Source of the DNA: Eutreptiella sp. 'Long Island Sound 2002'
Lineage: Eukaryota; Protista; Euglenida
Reading direction: 5' to 3'
Length of the DNA: 64,000 bases
NCBI GenBank assembly: GCA_964036045.1
Contig: OZ038378.1
Location: 170,810,001 to 170,874,000, forward strand
Shown: one piece after another, positions 23,401-35,400 of the stretch
How the letters are laid out: each line of letters begins with the position of its first letter
Numbering within the stretch: the first letter of the stretch is position 1
Made by a program: the position numbers and the translations under genes
Notes under the pieces: model-generated
The model's database searches: none
Told to the model about the DNA's origin: nothing
The model's input: the letters and a program-made list of their open reading frames with translations, nothing else

Positions 23401-26400
23401 GGCAGATGTCACCAAATTGTTGGGCAGGTGTTAGCAGGTGTCATGCCTAGTCACAAAAGCACACTTACCCAGCACACAACCACACACCACCAAACACACA
23501 TAAGCACACTTCTTGCACACATGCATGCCACATCTGACGCCGTGTGTCGACAATAAATGCATCTTGGATGTGGAAAATTGTGTCGGCACATGCCACCAAT
23601 TTTTGGGCCACGTGCGAGCAGGCATTGCGAAATTGGGCGGCTGATATCTCCATTTATGGGGTCATGAAGGCAAAGAAAATGGCCACCAACAGCATCCAGG
23701 TTGGTTCATTTGGTGTTGTCTTTTCTTGATGGGGAGACCTCTGCTTCACGACAAGTGTGTGCGCCTTGCAGGTCTCGGTGTAAAAGATAGCGTTTGTGGG
23801 AGAGATAGCTCACATTTGCAGTATATTGTGCCCCATCACATCACTTCCCCTGCAGGCACTAGCAAGCCGCACTTTGGCCGAACCCAAGTGAGGTCCGGCG
23901 GGGTGCGCTCTTCACCAAATCTGGTGTGGACAGGGACAATCAGGTGATACCAAGCAGTGATGCGCTACATTTTCAAAGCCCTTTGCGTACGATGTGGGTG
24001 TAAAACCTAATGGAGGAGCTACCAGGACATGACCAGGACTGAGTGAAGTGAAGTAGCCAGTGGGACCTTTGGCAGAGTCCCAAAGCCACTGGAATACACC
24101 CAACCAAAGGCACATGACCTCAAAAAGAGTGGGAGGGACATATGTGGGAGGCATGTTGCACGGCATACCTGGGCCTTTCCCCATGGCCATCATCCCGCGG
24201 TCCATGCCCGGGGGTCCAGCATCTCCAGGCATTGCACCCAAGATAGGCCCCTCTTGCATGACACCAGGTGGCGGAAAACCTGATGACCCGAGGGCAGGGA
24301 TATATTAGAAGAGAGGAGGCATCTGCCTTTTCAAGTCCTGGACGCTAGTGCGATTGACCAGACCCCCCCCCCCACCCCCGGCAGGAACCCCCCCCCCCGA
24401 CCCCCGGCAGGAACACCCCCCGACCCCCGGCTGGACCCCCCCCCCACTCCCCCCCCCCCCCCCGAGTTTTGACAGATAGCTGGGGGGGTGGTCACATCAG
24501 GACCGTTGGTAGTCGCCCCCCCGGGCCCTCGGGCAAGGATGTATTGGTCCGGCTGACAACCATAGGAGAAGCCCCCCCCTTGACCCAGATTTCATTGTGA
24601 GGAAAACTGAAATTCACAAACAGAACCCCTCCCACCCCCCCCCCCTCCTCTCTTCTAATAGCTCTCACCCGCTAACCCCCTAATCCCCAGGGGTCAGGGG
24701 GGCGTCCAGCCAGGGGTGAGGGGGGGGGGGGTTAGGGTTAGGGTCATCGAGCTGGTGGAACCAGTCTTGGTTTTATAACCCTTTTTAGTGTCCAAGTTTA
24801 GCAGGTTTAGCAGCAGCAACAAGCAAGCAGCAAGCAAGCAGCAGCAATCAGATATCCGTCGTGGTGCTTTGGATTCGGGTGAAATGTTGATGCATGATAC
24901 CTATGGGTGTGAAGTACAATCACACAAAGTTTGAGCGAGCAACTCAACGGTGGCGGCCGGGAACGGGATTCGCAAGTGGCGGACCTCAGTTTCAAAAACT
25001 GCAGTTTAGGGCCAAAAACAGCCATGGGCCAAAAAAGCCCTGGAACACATTCAAAACGGCCAAACGAAGGGAAACGGTGGGTACACTTCACGTGCGGCTT
25101 GACTTCCCCGTGTCAACGAGCTCTTTGCGGCCCTCTAACTCCATGATATGTCCCGGAAACGGCCCAAAAAGGCCCCCAGAAGCTCCAAATGCCGACAGCC
25201 ACAAACCAAGAATAGGCCATATCTTTGGCTACATGGCTCAAAATGCGATTCCGAGGGCACCTACTCCACCCGCAACCCCCCACTTTTTGTGGTTTCCACC
25301 CCTCAGAATTGCCCAAACGGACGCCTAGACCCCAATACCTAGGCCCACTAGGCTGCGGCAATCTGCAAGCTCAAGCCCAAACAGGTGGGTGCCCAAATGG
25401 GTCAACATGATCCAGTAGCGGCAAAAAAAGATGACTTTTCTCAAAAATGATCCTTGACCAAGTGCGACGCTAAAACAAGTGTTTTTGGACCGTTTTGAGC
25501 TTGTGGTGGCCCATTTTGGTCCTCCGAAAATCCCAAAGTGCCTTGAAAATGGGCTGTTTTGGGACCAAAAATGGGTCAAAAATGGGTCAAAAACGCAAAC
25601 CTCATCCTAGACCATTTGGGGTGCACAAACGGGTGAAATGGGCCCGTTTTGAGCCCATTTTGGGGGCATTTTGGCCCCTCAGAAGTCCAAAAAGCCTTGA
25701 AAGTGGGCCTCGTGGTGATGGGGTTCACTTGCAAGCTGATTTCACTTTGTCAAGAGCCATCAATGTGTGAATCATTCTTGATGTCCCTTACCAGTCATAG
25801 CCGATGTTCCCTCCCCCACCAGCTCGGTCCCAATATTCAGTCTTGTTTAGCCCTAGGGTTAGGGTTAGGGTCAGGGTAGGGGTTAGGGTTAGGGCTAGGG
25901 TTAGGGTCACCGAGCTGGTGGAACCAGTCTTGGTTTTATAACCCTTTTTAGGGTCTAGGGTGGACCTACCAGGTTTAGCAGCAGCAGCAACAAGCAGCAA
26001 GCAGCAAGCAGCAACAAGCAGCAAGCAGCACGCGCGAAATGGGGAAAAATCAGACATCCGTCGTGGTGCTTCACATTCGGCTGAAATTTTGGTGGATGAT
26101 ACCTATGGGTGTGAGGGACAACCACACAAAGTTTGAGCCAGAAACTCAACAGTGGCGGCCGGGAATGGGTGTCGCAAGTGGCGGACCTCAGTTTCAAAAA
26201 CTGCAATTTAGGGCCAAAAACAGCCATTTTTGGGCCAAAAGAGCCCTAGAAACAATTCAAAACGGCCAAGGAAAGGGAAAGGGTGGGTGCACTCCATGTG
26301 CGGCTTGACTTTCTTGTGTCAACGAGCCATTTGCGGCCCTTTGACTCCACCATATGTCCCGGAAACGGCCCAAAAAGGCCCCCAGAAGCTCCAAATTTTG

Positions 26401-29400
26401 TGTAGATTGGCTGTCGACAGCTACAAACCAAGAATAGGCCATATCTTTGGCTACATGGCTCAAAATGCGATTCCGAGGGCACCTACTCCACCCGCAACCC
26501 CCCACTTTGTGTGGTTTCCACCCCTCAGAATTGCCCAAACGGACGCCTAGACCGCCATACCTAGGCCCACTAGGCTGCGTGCGGCAAGCTGCAAGCTCAA
26601 GCCCAAACAGGTGGGTGCCCAAATGGGTCAACAGGGTCCAGTAGCGGCAAAAAGAAGAATTTTCTCAAAAATGATCCTAGACCATGTGCGACGCTAAAAC
26701 AAGTGTTTTTGGACTGTTTTGAGCTTGTGGTGGCCCATTTTGGTCCTCCGAAAATCCCAAAATGCCTTGAAAATGGGCTGTTTTGGGACCAAAAATGGGT
26801 CAAAAATGGGTCAAAAACGCATTTTTCCAAACCTCATCCTAGACCATTTGGGGTGCACAAACGGGTGAAATGAGCCCATTTTGAGCCCATTTTGGGGCAT
26901 TTTGGCCCCTCAGAAGTCCAAAAAGCCTTGAAAGTGGGCCTCGTGGTGATGGGGTTCACTTGCAAGCTGATTTCACTTTGTCAAGAGCCATCAATGTGTG
27001 AATCATTCTTGATGTCCCTCACCAGTCACAGCTGATGTTCCCTCCCCCACCAGCTCGGTCCCAATATTCAGTCTTGATTAGGGCTAGGGTTGCTGTTAGG
27101 GCCTGCAGCCCTCCTGTAGCCCTCCTTCTAGTCAAAATTTTTTCTTGTTGTTTTAACACAAATATGAATTCTCTACAAAATTTTGAGTATTTTGAGTATA
27201 AACACACAGTATGAAAAAAAAAATTAGCGCCTTTGGCGCCGGACAGTTTTCTCAAGGGACACTTGTTGGGGGCCGACCCAGCACCACTATCTTTCAAAAC
27301 CTGGGGGGGGGGGGGGTTGGGGGGGGTCGCATACAAGGACCTAGCCCGGCTGCCCCCCCGGGCCCGAGGGCACAGAGGGGCAAAATTGAAAATTGTGGCG
27401 GGGCATCAAGAAAGGCAGTCCTCAATGCCGGACTCCAATCCAAGCTGAGGAGGGGCAGTGGAGGAGTATTCAGGAGTGGTGGGGAGTGTGGATTGGCAGG
27501 GGCATGGAGGGGTAGCAGATTTTTTGCCGACGGCGGTTGCCGGTTGCCGAGCTGCATTTGATGGCCGAACGACCCCAGGTGGCGCGAAACCGACAGTAGT
27601 GCCCTGTTGGGGTCTGGCTTTCCACACAGTACCCTAACTCCTCCACCCTTCACAGAAGGGCGGTCCTCTAGGAGGCCTTTGGGAGCGCTTACTGCGCGCC
27701 GCAGGGTAAGGGTAAGGGTAATTAGCTTCAATGTACATTGTCTAGAAAATACATACACCGGAACAAAAAAGTTCCGTGTATGTTGATCTGTTGACACCAT
27801 CGCTCTCTACAAAGGAGGAACTACAGCACCGCCACATCGAGCCGGGGCTGAGCTTGAGGGCAGGATCTTCAATGAGGAACAAACAACATTTGTATAGTGC
27901 CTCATCTTGCCCAATCTAGCGCTCAAAGCACTCTTACACATCACCATAGGTTTCGTTTAGCTTAGTTCAGCAGATTACCTCCGAAGCCACAAAACCCATT
28001 GTTCCGTACAACCATTTTGGGGTCCGTAGAGCCCCCCCCCCCCCCCCTGGGGTCCTGGTTGGCAACCACGCCCACCCTTGCCGTCTTAGGAGTGCCCAAA
28101 GCAGGGACGACACAAAGTTCATACACCACCCATTCCATATTGGGGACGGGCAACAAGTGCACATAAAAGTAGTAACAAAAATAGGGAAAAAAGGGCGTAG
28201 AGGATTATATGTTACATAAAAAACGCATGTGTGTATGTACAACTACATTGCCTCCGTTCCAAGATAATTCCCCAAATTCCCCAAATTACGCGCCGCAGGT
28301 GCTGCAGGATAAGCACCCCCTTTACTTCGTTGCATTCGTTTCAAAATAATTGAGGACCCGCCCCTATCACAGTCTTGTGTAACTATGTGTCTTGTGCAAC
28401 CGCGGGCCAAGCTCGAGCTCAAACAGGTGGGTGCCAAAATGGGTCAACGGGGTCCAGTAGGGGCAAAAAAAGATATTTTTTCAAAAATGATCCCAGATCG
28501 CGTTCAAAAAGCGATTTTAGCCCATTTTGAGCCCATGATGGCCCGTTGTGTTACTGCAGAGCCAAGTCTAGCGCAAGAAAATTTGGCGCCAATATTTTGG
28601 TCAACCCACCGGTCAACTGCCCATTGCAAAATGCCCAGCACTGTGAACCACCAAGCGACCCAAAGACACCTGACAGCCTGCACCTGAGTCCCAGCACTCC
28701 CAGCCAAGCCACGGCTCACCGGTACCCATGGGGAGGGGGGGGGCGGAATGGCAGCCCAGCTTCTCCACCCCTGACCACCCACCCACCCACATTAGAAACA
28801 TTTTCCTCAGGAAAAAAATGAAATTTATCAAAAAAAGCCCGAAATTGAAAGTCGATTTAGGTGCATAAACGTGTTTTTGGCCTTTGACCCCCCTCCCCTT
28901 TGGATAGTTAAAATTCGCCACTACGCTGCGGCCTGCTCCCAGCCCTACTGTCAGCTTCAAGCAAGACATACCACCAAGCGCCGTTGTGGGAACACAATGA
29001 TGTCCTTCAGCCCCCCCCCCCCCCCTTTCCCGCCTATTCTCCCCGTTCGCATGCTTCCCGTGTGGCTCCTGCGACCACGGTATGACCTTGCACAACCATG
29101 AGAGAGGACCCCTGGGTGACCCCTGCAACTCGGCACGATCTCCGACGAACACAGGGCCACCCCTGCCATCCAGCCCCCATCAGCCCCCCGCTCCAGGCTC
29201 CTCGCGACTGCAGGAGCACTTCCCGGAAATTAGGGAGGATCTCTGGACAACGGTCCCCCTCCACCGTCATTGCCCAATCAGGAAACTCACCAAGAACCCT
29301 CGGAGATTGACGAATTCAAGATCCACTGGGCAACCTTTTCGAATGCCCCGGCATAACTGTCACAAGGCCTGCTGCGAGCGCGCGCGTTGGTCCCTTAAGC

Positions 29401-32400
29401 TGGCGTGGAAGACAATTGCTCGGCCAGAACGCAACAACACCACCAGCCTCACAATGACAAGCACAGGGACACACCAGGTCCCGGCCGTAGCTCTTGCCGG
29501 GGGCTTGGCAAGAGGCCTGACTGGTGAAGTGGCAATTCTTGGTCAGGCAGACGATCCAGAAGCATGGGGTCTCCTAAAATGCAGAAAAGACATGCCTTCC
29601 GGTTGGACAGATGTGGGTGTGTTTGTGGAGGCGTGCCTCTGGGCTGGGCGTGGTTCTGGGGGGGACTGTGTGAAGAAGGGGAGTGTGCGTGGGGTAAGGG
29701 TGCTTTTGTAGGGGTACAGCAGGTTGCACAGAGCCTTTTACTGACAACCTGGGCGTCCGGAACCGGATGCAGCACACACTCGCCAGCCCATACCCAGCCA
29801 CAGGCCAGCACCCCGCATGCCCCACTAGCCGTTGTCAGCCTTCCCTGTTCATCTGATGCACCCGAGGCTTTCGATTGCAGAAAGGGGAGGGGGGACGGAC
29901 CCCCCGGCCCCCCCGCCCACCCATTAGGAGGGGTCAGCGAGCAGTATGGCCCTCAGGGTCCAGTCTCATCTGAGGTGGCCAACGTGCAGCGGGCTCATTA
30001 GAGGGCTGCTCCCTTGAGTGCTCAGCACGCCTTCCATCCACCACTCTGTGCCCCTCTGGGTCAGTCAAGGAGTGCCACAGACCACACATCCTCGCTACGC
30101 CCCGTTCAGCCCTCAGGGGTTGAGTTGTGCGCCAGAGGAAGCCACAGGTCACCAAACCGAAAGACTGCCCCAGCGGCTGTCGTGTAACTGCCTTAGTGTA
30201 GGCCCCCCCCTGCCCCACCAGGCACACACAACCCACCCACGCGGCAGCACACAACCCAAAGAGCACACACAGAACGGCACCTGCCACAACAGATGCCAGG
30301 CCAGACACCTGCCGGAGGTGAAACCCGGTGCCCCTCCTGCATGCGCACCGACAACACACACAGGCACGGCAGTATCTCCCTCCCACCAGCACCTCAGTCG
30401 GTTGCAGGAATCATCAACAGTCTGGGCGGCTGTGAGACCAGACAACCGGAGGCAGAGGCCCAGTCCTGCTGGCGAGGTAAGGACGCACAGGTAGTGGGGG
30501 CCTTGCCTTCAGCACAAGCCGAGACCCAAACCCCCCCTCCCACGCAAAAATACCCCCATGTGCACTCCCCTTCACCCCTCCACCCTCCAAAGGGGCAAGA
30601 AGCACCATGTGTGAGCAGAAAGACAATCTCCACCTGCCACAGCGCCTACAGCGACATACACGTCAGCCTGCTGCCCCAGGTTCATGAAACCACACTTACT
30701 CAGCCTTTATGGCAACTCCCCCCCTCCCCCCCAAACAGGGGCTCAGTTGAATGGACCCCTTTGGAGCAACCCGGGATAGCATGAAGGTGACCTACAGACC
30801 CCAAATTTCAGAAAAAACACATATTCTCCCAGCTCTCAGCGCGATGAGGGGATCCGGAGAAATCATCACTTGTCTGGGGTTCAGGGGTCGACAGGTTCCA
30901 TGCCAAGAAAATCTGACTTGCCAAATTGGAAGAAAAGCGGGGGGAAATGGGGGAGGGAGGGGGCAAGGGGAAAACATCTCCCACCAATTTTGCCCACATG
31001 AACACCAATATCCACACTATTCTTAGAGGTACCCTTGGTTGCCTTGTGAGGTTGGTTGGCAGTGACGAACCAGATTTCGACATAACACACATTTGATGCT
31101 GCAAAAAAAAATAATCAGCCGTTGCCTGCACAGGTGACAAATGATCAAGGAGCAGGCAACAAAACAAAACAAAACAAACAGGGAACCAAGCATTGAAATT
31201 CCCTGCTTTCCCCCACTTTCCCCTGTTTTCCACACCAAGAATTTGCCTTTTCCTGTTTCCTTCCCACTTTGCCATGCCCATGCCAAACAATTTTCGCTTG
31301 CCTTAGGTTTCCACAGATTTGGAACCTATAACCCATGGGGGTTCAATCAAAAAATTTTGTGCGACGTCTGACCAAAAATTTCTCCAGTACCGTAATCATT
31401 GGTCATGATCAATGGTCCCTGACAGCGAAGCGCTGGTTGGCAACAGTGGTTGGCAAATCACGGCCACCACTTACCATTCCCTGGTAGCAAGTAGCAGTTG
31501 ACTGAAAGCAGTTGCCAGCAGTTGGTGCCTACCTAACGAAAATTTGGTCATTAGCCGCTGGGGTGGTGGAAAATTGGCTTGCGCCCACGGGGGGTCACGG
31601 ATGTCCATTTCCCAAACCCCCCCCCCCTTCTGGCCCGCCGTGACGGGGCAATGACAACCGGTCTACACAGCCCCCCAGTCCCCCCCCTACCCCCAACGGT
31701 GGTGGTATTTATGTCCGGTCTATTCCGGTTGCATCCCATAGCACGGGGGGGGGGGGGGGGATGCAACGCCCCACCATGGCCTGGCACCCAGCCATCAGAC
31801 AGCACCTGTTTAACTCAGAAAGGATGGTTCGCCAAAAAAGAAATTTTTTTTTTGCAAAGTGGTGCTGTCAGTGGCCCCCTGTGTTTAACTGACTTTTGTT
31901 TGTTTCCTTGTCAGGGCTGGTTGCTTCAGGGAAGGGGTCGAGAGCAGGGGGGGGGGTTTAAGGGGTATGTGTGCCTGTGACTGACTGAAAGGGTCCCCCC
32001 TGATGGGGGGACCTGTAGAAAACTGTCTTGGGGGGGGGCATGCACATGCAAACATGCAGACATGAAGACATAAAAAAGACAAAAAAAAGCGAAGGGAAAA
32101 ACTTTACATGAAGCTGGTTTGAACCCAGGACCCCTGGGAATGGAGCCTAGGCCTACTACCAACTAAGCTAAGTCAGGATCTGCCTATATTCAAAAATCAG
32201 AGAGTGTATACCATAGTAAAAAAAAAAAGGCTGACAATGAGGACCATACATAGGTCCTGTCACAGGTGTCCATTTCCCAAACCCCCCCCCCCCCTCCTTC
32301 AGGCGACAGCCGTGACCCCCCCCGGGCGCAAGCCAATTTTCCACATGCCCTGGCGCTTGATGCTTTTGGCCGGTAACCACCAGCCATCCTTGAAAAAATA

Positions 32401-35400
32401 CTTCAAAATAAAAGCATCTAACCGCGCCAGCAAGGTGTCCCAGATCACAAACCGGGGCAATCGACACAGACAGTGTGGACGGAATCTGCGGAAAATCCCC
32501 ACTAAGGGCTTCAAGAACCGGCTCACTTGCAGGCACTTAATTGTGTTGTGTTGCGCCTGGCACCCTCCAGGGTGCACCACTCAAAGTGAGGGTGCGAAGG
32601 GGGACGTTGGGGGGTTCCACAAAAGCTGGTTGATTACTTGGGGTTGGGTGCCTTGGGGGGGGGGGGGGGGCGGAGGATAGAAGCATAGACGGAAGCGAGC
32701 CAAAACATCCGGAAAATTCTCAGGGAGGCAGAGGTAGCCTGACACTACCAACAACAGTCTCCTGGGGTTCCCCACTCCCCTCAAACAGCACCTACGGGGC
32801 GAAGGGGCATCGGAGCAACGTCGAGAATAGGGGCGTCCTTGGGCTTCATCACGTGTCGTGAGTCGCCGACCTCAACTCTGCGGACAGGGCCCCCCAGGTC
32901 GCCATAAAGGTCCTCGTCCTCGTGGACCATCCGCCGGTCCAGGAACATCATTTCTGCGGTGGGCCATGTGGGCATGTGGGTGGAGAAAGACAAGCATGCT
33001 CCAGAAATAGAGCAAATGCACCCAAATGCACCTCATGCTGGATCTTAATGTCCATCCAAGACGTTTGCCATCGATGGCCCGCCCATCTGGTGGCCTATTT
33101 TTTCCTTAAAGCTAGTTTTGAATGGTGTTTCGAAGCAATTTTGCAATCGCATTTCTGTCACCGACATACATGCATTATAGCCTGCAAGAAATTAAAAGCA
33201 TCCATCCAGGGACTATGCACCCATCTATATGGTCCCTCTTGTTCATTCCATCATTAATGAGTTTTGTCGCCCCCCCCCCCCCCACCAGTTTGGTCCCCGG
33301 ACAACAAAAGACTTCTCATTTTGCCCCTCTTGGCACAAGCCGAACCCTCTTTGGGCTCCTGTAGAACTGTCCAATCTCCTGCATAGTGTCCTCTCAAACC
33401 CCCAAAAGCCACAGTCTTGCTCCTCGGAAAGAACAACTATTTTGGGGGAATATTTTTCTAGCACAATCACCGAAATAATAGATTTCCCGCAGATATTGCA
33501 CCACAAGTGGAGGAAACAGGAAGCGAAACATGCATAGTTGGTGGTACCAGAAACCTCAGCTGCAAGAAAAAGTGCAACATTGTTGGTATAATTGTGGTGG
33601 GGAGTGGAGAAGAGTGGAGTGGAGTGGAGTGGTGTGGTATAGTGCAGTGTAGTGCGACCTTGTTGGTGTTGGTGTTGCTGTCAGTATTGTGTTTGTGTTT
33701 GTGTTTGTGTTGTGGTGTGGTGTGGTGTGCCGAAGGCGCTGTTCCCAAATGGCAATGGCCGGGATGCCTTGCATACAGGTAATGCAAAACGGGAGGGCTG
33801 TGTGTTTGAACGCGTGCTGTGTGTGGTGTGTTGCGCACCTGTGACGGGGCAGGAGTCATCCCCACGCACGGCGGCCTTAGTTCAGGGCTGCCCTTGGGAC
33901 TCCCTATTGCTCCGCCTGCTGGTGCAGTTGAAGTTCTTGCAATGCCCACGCCATAGTGCCCCATGGCACTGAGCGCGCCTTGATGAGGCTCTCTCGAGCT
34001 CTGGCATGGGCCAGCCAGACCTTCTGTGACTCGGACAACACCTGTTCGATGAACTCTGTCCCCATTTCGTGCGGTCCCGCCAGCCCAGGGGGGGGGGGGG
34101 GCATCCAGAAATTCTGACAAACCCATCCGCTAAGGAAAAACCTTGGTTCTGAATCTTAACCCGAAAACTAATCGTAAGCCCTGTCTGCTGGGTGCCTGGT
34201 GCTCTGCCATGGGCAGGCGGCTACGGTTCCCCTGCAGGCCCCCTCGTGTCAGCATCGGCTGCATGCTTGGGGTCATCTGCCAAGTCCACTTGTGGACGGG
34301 GGCTCGTCCCTGCGCCTTGCTGCATATGTGGTTGCCCCCGCACAGTGCATAGGCTGGGCGCCCAGGAGGGGGGGGAGGTACCCCGCCCCCCTGTCCAACG
34401 CATCCCTGACCCCACTCGGCCTTGGCGCCATTGCGCTCCGGGGCCGGCATGCTGTTGCTGGCCCACTGCCGCTGTGCACGGGGCAGGGGGCAGTGGTGCT
34501 CCTGTTGTACACCACACTGCAGGGGGCAGGGGGCAGAGAAAATCTTGCAGAACACTGCCTTGTTGCTGCAAAAATTCCTCTGCACAGGGCGCTGGTCAAA
34601 CACCATGGCACTCGCAAATAGCGAGGAAGACATCGAGAATTGAGCAATCTCGAAAGAAAGAAAGAAAGAAAGGAAGAAAGAAAGGAGGGACAAAATCCCA
34701 ACAGCCATGTGTGTCCTCCTATACAGAGTAACACCATACAATCACACATTTGTCACCATTCTTGAGTGGTAGTGGGAGGGCACATCACAACTGTGTCCCG
34801 CAAGGAAGCGAACTAGAGGTGCTTAATCGACCCCAGCGGCCAAATGATCGCACTGTGCACACACTGTGCTAAAGGCCCCGTCTTTAACAACATTCTCGAA
34901 AACCCTCAACAACGGTGTACAACTCTCAATGACCTTCTCCAATCCTCAACCCTCGACTCTCAAAAAAACCTACGCAACACCACTCCAATACCTTCGACGT
35001 CACCATACAACCCTCGGCATCTCCCCACACAACACTAACAGGACACCTTCAACAATCTGTACCAACACTGTGCCCCGCCAAACAGCAGTCAAGCAATACC
35101 TCTGTCGCGGAGGTTTTCTGGTCCCTGTGGAACACCAAGGGGCCGTCCCATTCCTTGATGCGACTGGTGGTGATGATGGTGATGATGATGAGGTTGATCC
35201 AGTAGCTGGTGCTGGTGTGGCTGAGGGTGATGCTGAAGAGGCTGCTGATGCTGATGCTGGAGATGATGCTGGTGTGGCTGTTGGTGCTGGTGCTGGAGTG
35301 GAATGTGCTGGGGGTGTTGAAGTTGCTGCATGGGAACTGCTGGGCCAGGGCCCTGGCCTGTGCCTGACATTGGAACACTGAAATCGTCGTCTTGGTCCAT

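Noticed and set aside
24744-27077. CRISPR-like or prokaryotic array interpretation of the tandem units and other repeats
   Set aside because: No short constant repeat with unique spacers, no cas-like ORFs, and the context is eukaryotic intron.
33904-34080. Helix-like frame MGTEFIEQVLSESQKVWLAHARARESLIK as an extra exon
   Set aside because: Flanking exons 35100 and 32953 already join in phase, and no convincing splice sites were found.
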